From: a virus
Reading direction: 5' to 3' (one strand)
DNA: 64,000 nt
Virus record (IMG/VR): IMGVR_UViG_3300022073_000094
The notes beneath the pieces were generated by a model. The model was not told the origin of the DNA and searched no databases. It saw only the letters and a list, made by a program, of their open reading frames with translations. Both the position numbers and the translations under genes were made by a program. Within the stretch, counting starts at the first letter, position 1. Every line of letters starts with the position of its first letter. This document shows, piece after piece, positions 60,022 through 64,000 of the stretch.

Positions 60022-61767
60022 ATGTTTAAAGTGACTCAGATGTCAATTAAAGAGTTAGAAGAGCGACTTATTCAAGAGAAGAATAATGTTAAGAAGAGAT
60101 ATCAATTGGGAGGTAGACCGAATCACCAATTGAATGAAAATGATTTATATCAGATTATAAAAGCTGCATGTGATATAGTGATTATTGATTATTCAGACGA
60201 ACAAGACTTGACAAATTATAGTTATGGAATATATAATCCTAGCACAAGAACTTATGTAAGAGAACGTAATTATTTAGTTTATTTGATACAATATATTATT
60301 AACAGTGAGACATTGTCACCTAATATATCATCTAAGAAAGCAATATCAGAAGTTGATGAAGCAATTAAATTTTCAAAAAATAAATTGACAAAAGCAAATA
60401 TTCCACCACAATACATTGTGAAATTTAAGAATTGTATATATGATTTAAAGCATAAGAAACGATATGAGTTTGATGATGAAGAAGTAAAAGATTATCATTT
60501 TTTAAATATGATTCGTTATCCTTATAAGGAGCTTGCTAATGTTAATCAAGAGATGTTAGAGATTGTTGACAGAGTAATGAATAGTTGGACAGATGGAAAT
60601 GAAGATATTGAAAAAACAATTAATCAAATCATATTTAGTGCAATAGAAGGGAATGGTCGAAATGTGCAAATTATTCTTAAGTCAGATGGAGGAGACGGCA
60701 AATCGACATTTTTAAGAACTTTACAAAAAATTGGTCATACTTCGTTAACACATCATTTAAATATTGATGAATATGGTGATGACAATGCACTTAATCAGAT
60801 TCAGCCAAGCACAAAATTAATTTTAGGAGATGATCTTGCTTCTAATTTTAAAGTCACGCATAAAATTTTATCACGACTTAAGACATTAGTTGATGGTGGG
60901 ATCTTAAATGTAAGTGAGAAATACATGCCAAATAAATTGATTCAGTCAAGTGCGTTGAAGATTCAAGCAACAAATACAGATGTTAAGTTTTATGAAAATA
61001 ACGATGCAATTAGAGATCGCATTTTGCTTATTATTTGGCCTCATCATAATTTTAGACAAAATCCAATAACTGACTTTAACTTAGACATTTTAACAGGCAA
61101 AGGGTGTAAGGCTGATGAGGATTTTATGACTGCATATATCGCAAGAGCGATTCATAAAACTGAGTATTTTGATCATTTTCATGTTACACAAGAAATGAGA
61201 GATGATATGCAAGAAATGCTTGATGATAATGATATAATGTCTCAATTTATGATTGAATTAGATGATTTAGATGTTCTTTCATATTCTCATATTCCATCAT
61301 TTGTACTTTACGAGCATTATAAGCAATGGTTAAATAATATAAATCCTGGCTCAAAGCCGATGAAAATGATTGATTTTACAAGAAAACTAAGAAAACAATT
61401 ATTAGATTATGGATATGATGATTCATCACGCTTATTATTATCACAGATTAAGAATAATCAATTTAATTTTAACATATTTGAAGATATGTACATTGATTTT
61501 CAAAAGAAAACGACAGTTTTTATCAACCATGACTTAACAATTGAAGGAAAACAAGAACAGCTTGAAAAAGATGCACAAGAATTATCAGCAGATGTTTTTC
61601 AATCTAAATATGATAGAAAACAGATCAAAGCTTATTTACATTATTTAAATGATGTGAATGGTCACAAACTTTTAAATCTTTTTCTTGATTCTAATACTGA
61701 ATATACACCTGATCAGATTCATGATATACCCTGTCATGAACTTGTAAGAATTGTTCAGTCTCAATAA
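60022..61767 (+). CDS. D5_N + SF3 helicase replication initiator, copy 2
   Basis: GGDGKST, LGDD, ATN; colinear with copy 1 (NENDL/I..ACDIV.IDYS, QPSTK, WPHH/YNFRQNP). Confidence 0.85.
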   Translation: MFKVTQMSIKELEERLIQEKNNVKKRYQLGGRPNHQLNENDLYQIIKAACDIVIIDYSDEQDLTNYSYGIYNPSTRTYVRERNYLVYLIQYIINSETLSPNISSKKAISEVDEAIKFSKNKLTKANIPPQYIVKFKNCIYDLKHKKRYEFDDEEVKDYHFLNMIRYPYKELANVNQEMLEIVDRVMNSWTDGNEDIEKTINQIIFSAIEGNGRNVQIILKSDGGDGKSTFLRTLQKIGHTSLTHHLNIDEYGDDNALNQIQPSTKLILGDDLASNFKVTHKILSRLKTLVDGGILNVSEKYMPNKLIQSSALKIQATNTDVKFYENNDAIRDRILLIIWPHHNFRQNPITDFNLDILTGKGCKADEDFMTAYIARAIHKTEYFDHFHVTQEMRDDMQEMLDDNDIMSQFMIELDDLDVLSYSHIPSFVLYEHYKQWLNNINPGSKPMKMIDFTRKLRKQLLDYGYDDSSRLLLSQIKNNQFNFNIFEDMYIDFQKKTTVFINHDLTIEGKQEQLEKDAQELSADVFQSKYDRKQIKAYLHYLNDVNGHKLLNLFLDSNTEYTPDQIHDIPCHELVRIVQSQ

Positions 61768-61866
61768 ACTTATTTAGATCATAGATCAGCGCTTAATAGA
61801 AGCTTGTCTCGGACTTAAAAGATCAAGTTAATATTAAATCACAACATGATATTTAATGCTTAATTA

Positions 61867-61933
61867 ACCCCCCTTCAAGTACTCTAAGTGGTCTGCGGAG
61901 CAGACTTTACAGGTACACAACAGAAGGGGGGCT
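61867..61933 (+). repeat. dispersed imperfect palindrome P7
   Basis: CCCCCCTTCAAGTACTCTAAGTGGTCTGCGGAGCAGACTTTACAGGTACAC..GGGGGG. Confidence 0.85.
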
Positions 61934-62042
61934 TGCTTTATGCATTGTTTTATACTCTACACTCTCTTAGCTTTAGCCTTTTTTTATTAAATATGAGCAT
62001 AAAAAAAGAGAGAGCTTGCGGCTCCCCCTTTTAAGCATTGAA

Positions 62043-62288
62043 TTAAGCGATTTGTTGCATTTCAGCTTTAAATTCCTTTGCATCATCGTCATCGAAATAA
62101 TTAATTTCGACCAAGCGATTAGCAAGCTGATTTTTGCTGCCATTATAGCGAATAAGCAATGTTGGGTTAGAATTATAATTGCGAGTGATGAATGATGCTT
62201 TGCAATGGCCAATCACAGCCTCAGCATCCTTCACAACCTCAGCATCAGTGCCTTCCACAGCCCAATCTAATTCGAATAATGTTTCCAT
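62043..62288 (-). CDS. 81-aa early-type protein METLFELDWAVEG...
   Basis: RBS GAGGTG, family promoter 62319-62347, terminator ~62000-62032. Confidence 0.8.
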   Translation of the reverse strand: METLFELDWAVEGTDAEVVKDAEAVIGHCKASFITRNYNSNPTLLIRYNGSKNQLANRLVEINYFDDDDAKEFKAEMQQIA

Positions 62289-62460
62289 ATTAATCACCTC
62301 ATATTTTATTATATTTATATAATACCATGATACTAAATCTATGTAAAGGGGTAAATGCATAATTTATTTAAAAATAATAATAAGCTGCATAAAAATATTA
62401 GCTTAAAATAATGCTTAAAAATATTAGCATAAACATAAAATAATAAATAATAATGCATAA

Positions 62461-62572
62461 TAAAAAGGAGCCTGAGGACTCCCTTTTAATGAAAAACATT
62501 TTAGAAATCATGAGAAATTTTTTATATAATAAGATTGGAAGTTTTTTTATAATCAATTCATTATTGATTATA
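62461..62572 (-). ncRNA. candidate sRNA 2 (promoter 62578-62606, terminator 62462-62487)
   Basis: paralog of sRNA 1, no RBS-led ORF. Confidence 0.6.
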
Positions 62573-62647
62573 TATTTATAATACCATAATACTAAATATA
62601 TGTAAAGGGGCTATATTAAATTTTTTTAAAAATAAATAGCATAATAT

Positions 62648-62768
62648 AAAAGGAGAGGGCCTATCTAAGGAGAAATAGATAGGCCTTAAAAATTATGAGA
62701 AATATTTTAAGAATTTCGAATAATTAATAAGTGAAAGGTGAGTCAATCCTTATTCCTTATTAATTATA
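62648..62768 (-). ncRNA. candidate sRNA 3 (promoter 62774-62802, terminator hairpin 62658-62686)
   Basis: terminator hairpin homologous to that of sRNA 1; contains anti-SD-like CTCACCTTTCAC and TTTCTCAT. Confidence 0.6.
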
Positions 62769-63030
62769 TTTATATTATACCATGGTACTAATAATATGTA
62801 AAGGGGTAAATTAAAAAAATATGATTGAGTTAGAGCGAGTGATGATGTTTGAGTCAGAACGAGATTATGCTTAATTGAGAGCGAGCGATAATGATTTAGT
62901 TAATCCCTTTTTAATTTATAATTTTATGAAGTGCACTAAGGACAAGAGCTCTTTTTTTTTTATTTAACGTATTTACTTAATATTAGTACTATGGTATTAT
63001 AATAATATAATAAAAAAAAGGTGGTAATGA

Positions 63031-63291
63031 ATGATGGCAGACGAAAAAATGACTGAGTATTATAATTTTGGTAGAGAAACAGAGTTATATAAATTATTGA
63101 GTGGGTTAAGTGAAGAAGAGAGAGAAGATTATGTTGATGGGTTTGACGAATTAGACGATGAGACTGAACAAAAAGTTGATTCATTTATTAAGCAATTTAT
63201 TAAATTAGTTTATACTAATAAAAATAATTTAATTGCTAAAGTGACTGCGATGACAGATCAACATATTGAGTTATGTGTAACTGAGTTATAA
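63031..63291 (+). CDS. small acidic early-type protein
   Basis: family promoter 62972, RBS AAGGTGG, terminator ~63298-63332. Confidence 0.8.
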   Translation: MMADEKMTEYYNFGRETELYKLLSGLSEEEREDYVDGFDELDDETEQKVDSFIKQFIKLVYTNKNNLIAKVTAMTDQHIELCVTEL

Positions 63292-63396
63292 TTTAAATAA
63301 GAGCTGTTCTTTAAATAGAGCAGCGTTTTTTTTGATATTAAATATAAGAAATAGTTTTAGTGTCTGAGTTTAAGTCAGAGCGAGACACAGCGAGTC

Positions 63397-63459
63397 AGCC
63401 CCCTTTCAAGTACTTTATGAGGTCTGCGCAGCAGACTTTACGAGTACACAACAGGGGCT
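63397..63459 (+). repeat. dispersed imperfect palindrome P8 with complementary flanks (AGAGCGAGA/TCTCGCTCT)
   Basis: near-identical to P5. Confidence 0.85.
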
Positions 63460-63878
63460 TGCTCTATGTCTCATCTCGCTCTACTTCTTGCTTTACACTC
63501 TCTCTCTCTTTCAGCTTTAGCCCTTTTTTAGTATATATTTTAAATATATTTTTATAATAAAATGAGGCTTGACTAATGCATAAAAAAAAGCATCCCTTTC
63601 ATAATTGATTATATAAAAGGGATTACTTAGATTTGTAGTTGATTATTATTACACAATTTACATTCAAAGTATAATTATTTTATCATGCTGTGAATGTAAT
63701 GTACACAAACATCTTCGCACTCTCATCTCAGCTTTTATCATCGCTGAAATCGACCGTAAGTGCGTAGAGATTGTTCTCGTTTGAGTTAAATTGATAAGCA
63801 AATAAATAGCTGTATACAGCGTCGATAAGAAATGTTAAAATGATATTAAATTTAGAGATAAAAGGAGCTATGTGAAGT

Positions 63879-64000
63879 ATGGAAGAACAATTACAAAATA
63901 TTCAAGAAGCGTTAGTGAATCGTTTTGACGCAACTAAAGAGGTTGCAAAAGCAATTAAAGAGGCGTTAGAATCATTAGCAGATCAAGCACCTCAATTAAT
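63879..64000 (+). CDS. partial CDS MEEQLQNIQEALVNRFDATKEVAK..., runs off the window
   Basis: RBS AAAGGAG, open to the window end. Confidence 0.65.
   Translation, partial: MEEQLQNIQEALVNRFDATKEVAKAIKEALESLADQAPQL

Noticed and set aside
62348-62460. Short repeats AAAAATATTAGC and GCATAA
   Set aside because: Low-complexity AT-rich UP-element-like DNA upstream of a promoter; no further structure seen
27772-63459. P palindromes as a CRISPR array or as mimics of the type III-A repeat (CCCC...GAAAAGGGG)
   Set aside because: Copies are kilobases apart, no spacers or cas genes, and the resemblance is limited to C/G runs
13519-63557. Opposite-strand or off-frame ORFs (13519, 15034, 28411, 29058, 34495, 37232, 39106, 43036, 44891, 53082, 55629, 56114, 61973, 62960, 63360)
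   Set aside because: They overlap better-supported genes, tRNAs, origin blocks, promoters or repeats and lack an RBS; shadow ORFs
1-64000. Stop-codon reassignment or an alternative genetic code
   Set aside because: Conserved proteins read full length in code 11 and no suppressor tRNA is present

Overview
A very AT-rich 64 kb segment of a large virus-like replicon, most likely a big phage or phage-plasmid of a Staphylococcaceae host. The host call rests on staphylococcal-type NrdEFI, a PmtC-like ABC ATPase and a Firmicutes-type tmRNA. No capsid, terminase, integrase or housekeeping genes are visible in the window. Transcription diverges at about 27.1-27.2 kb. The left arm (minus strand) carries nucleotide-metabolism genes (nrdE split by two group I introns, each with a GIY-YIG endonuclease; nrdI, nrdF, thioredoxin, cytidine deaminase), a NADAR, six tRNAs plus a decayed tRNA-fMet, an expanded family of 2-TM membrane proteins, TelA and a nucleotidyltransferase. 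The right arm (mostly plus strand) carries two paralogous origin-HTH-SF3 helicase replication modules and a dispersed ubiquitin-like conjugation gene set (E1, JAB peptidase, E2-like protein, Ubl with a cleavable tail). It also has an HTH-TnpB-like protein, an IS607 element, tmRNA followed by an Hfq/Sm-like gene, tmk, a MazG-like gene and an early-gene-like cassette region. The most striking features not explained by the ORF track are non-coding: two promoter-bearing, TnpB-less copies of the IS607 right-end (omega) RNA, three paralogous promoter-sRNA-terminator units, three origin-like blocks that each use a different iteron word, a family of eight ~65 bp imperfect palindromes, and a promoter with a conserved spacer. 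All family assignments come from motif recognition by eye; no database search was run.
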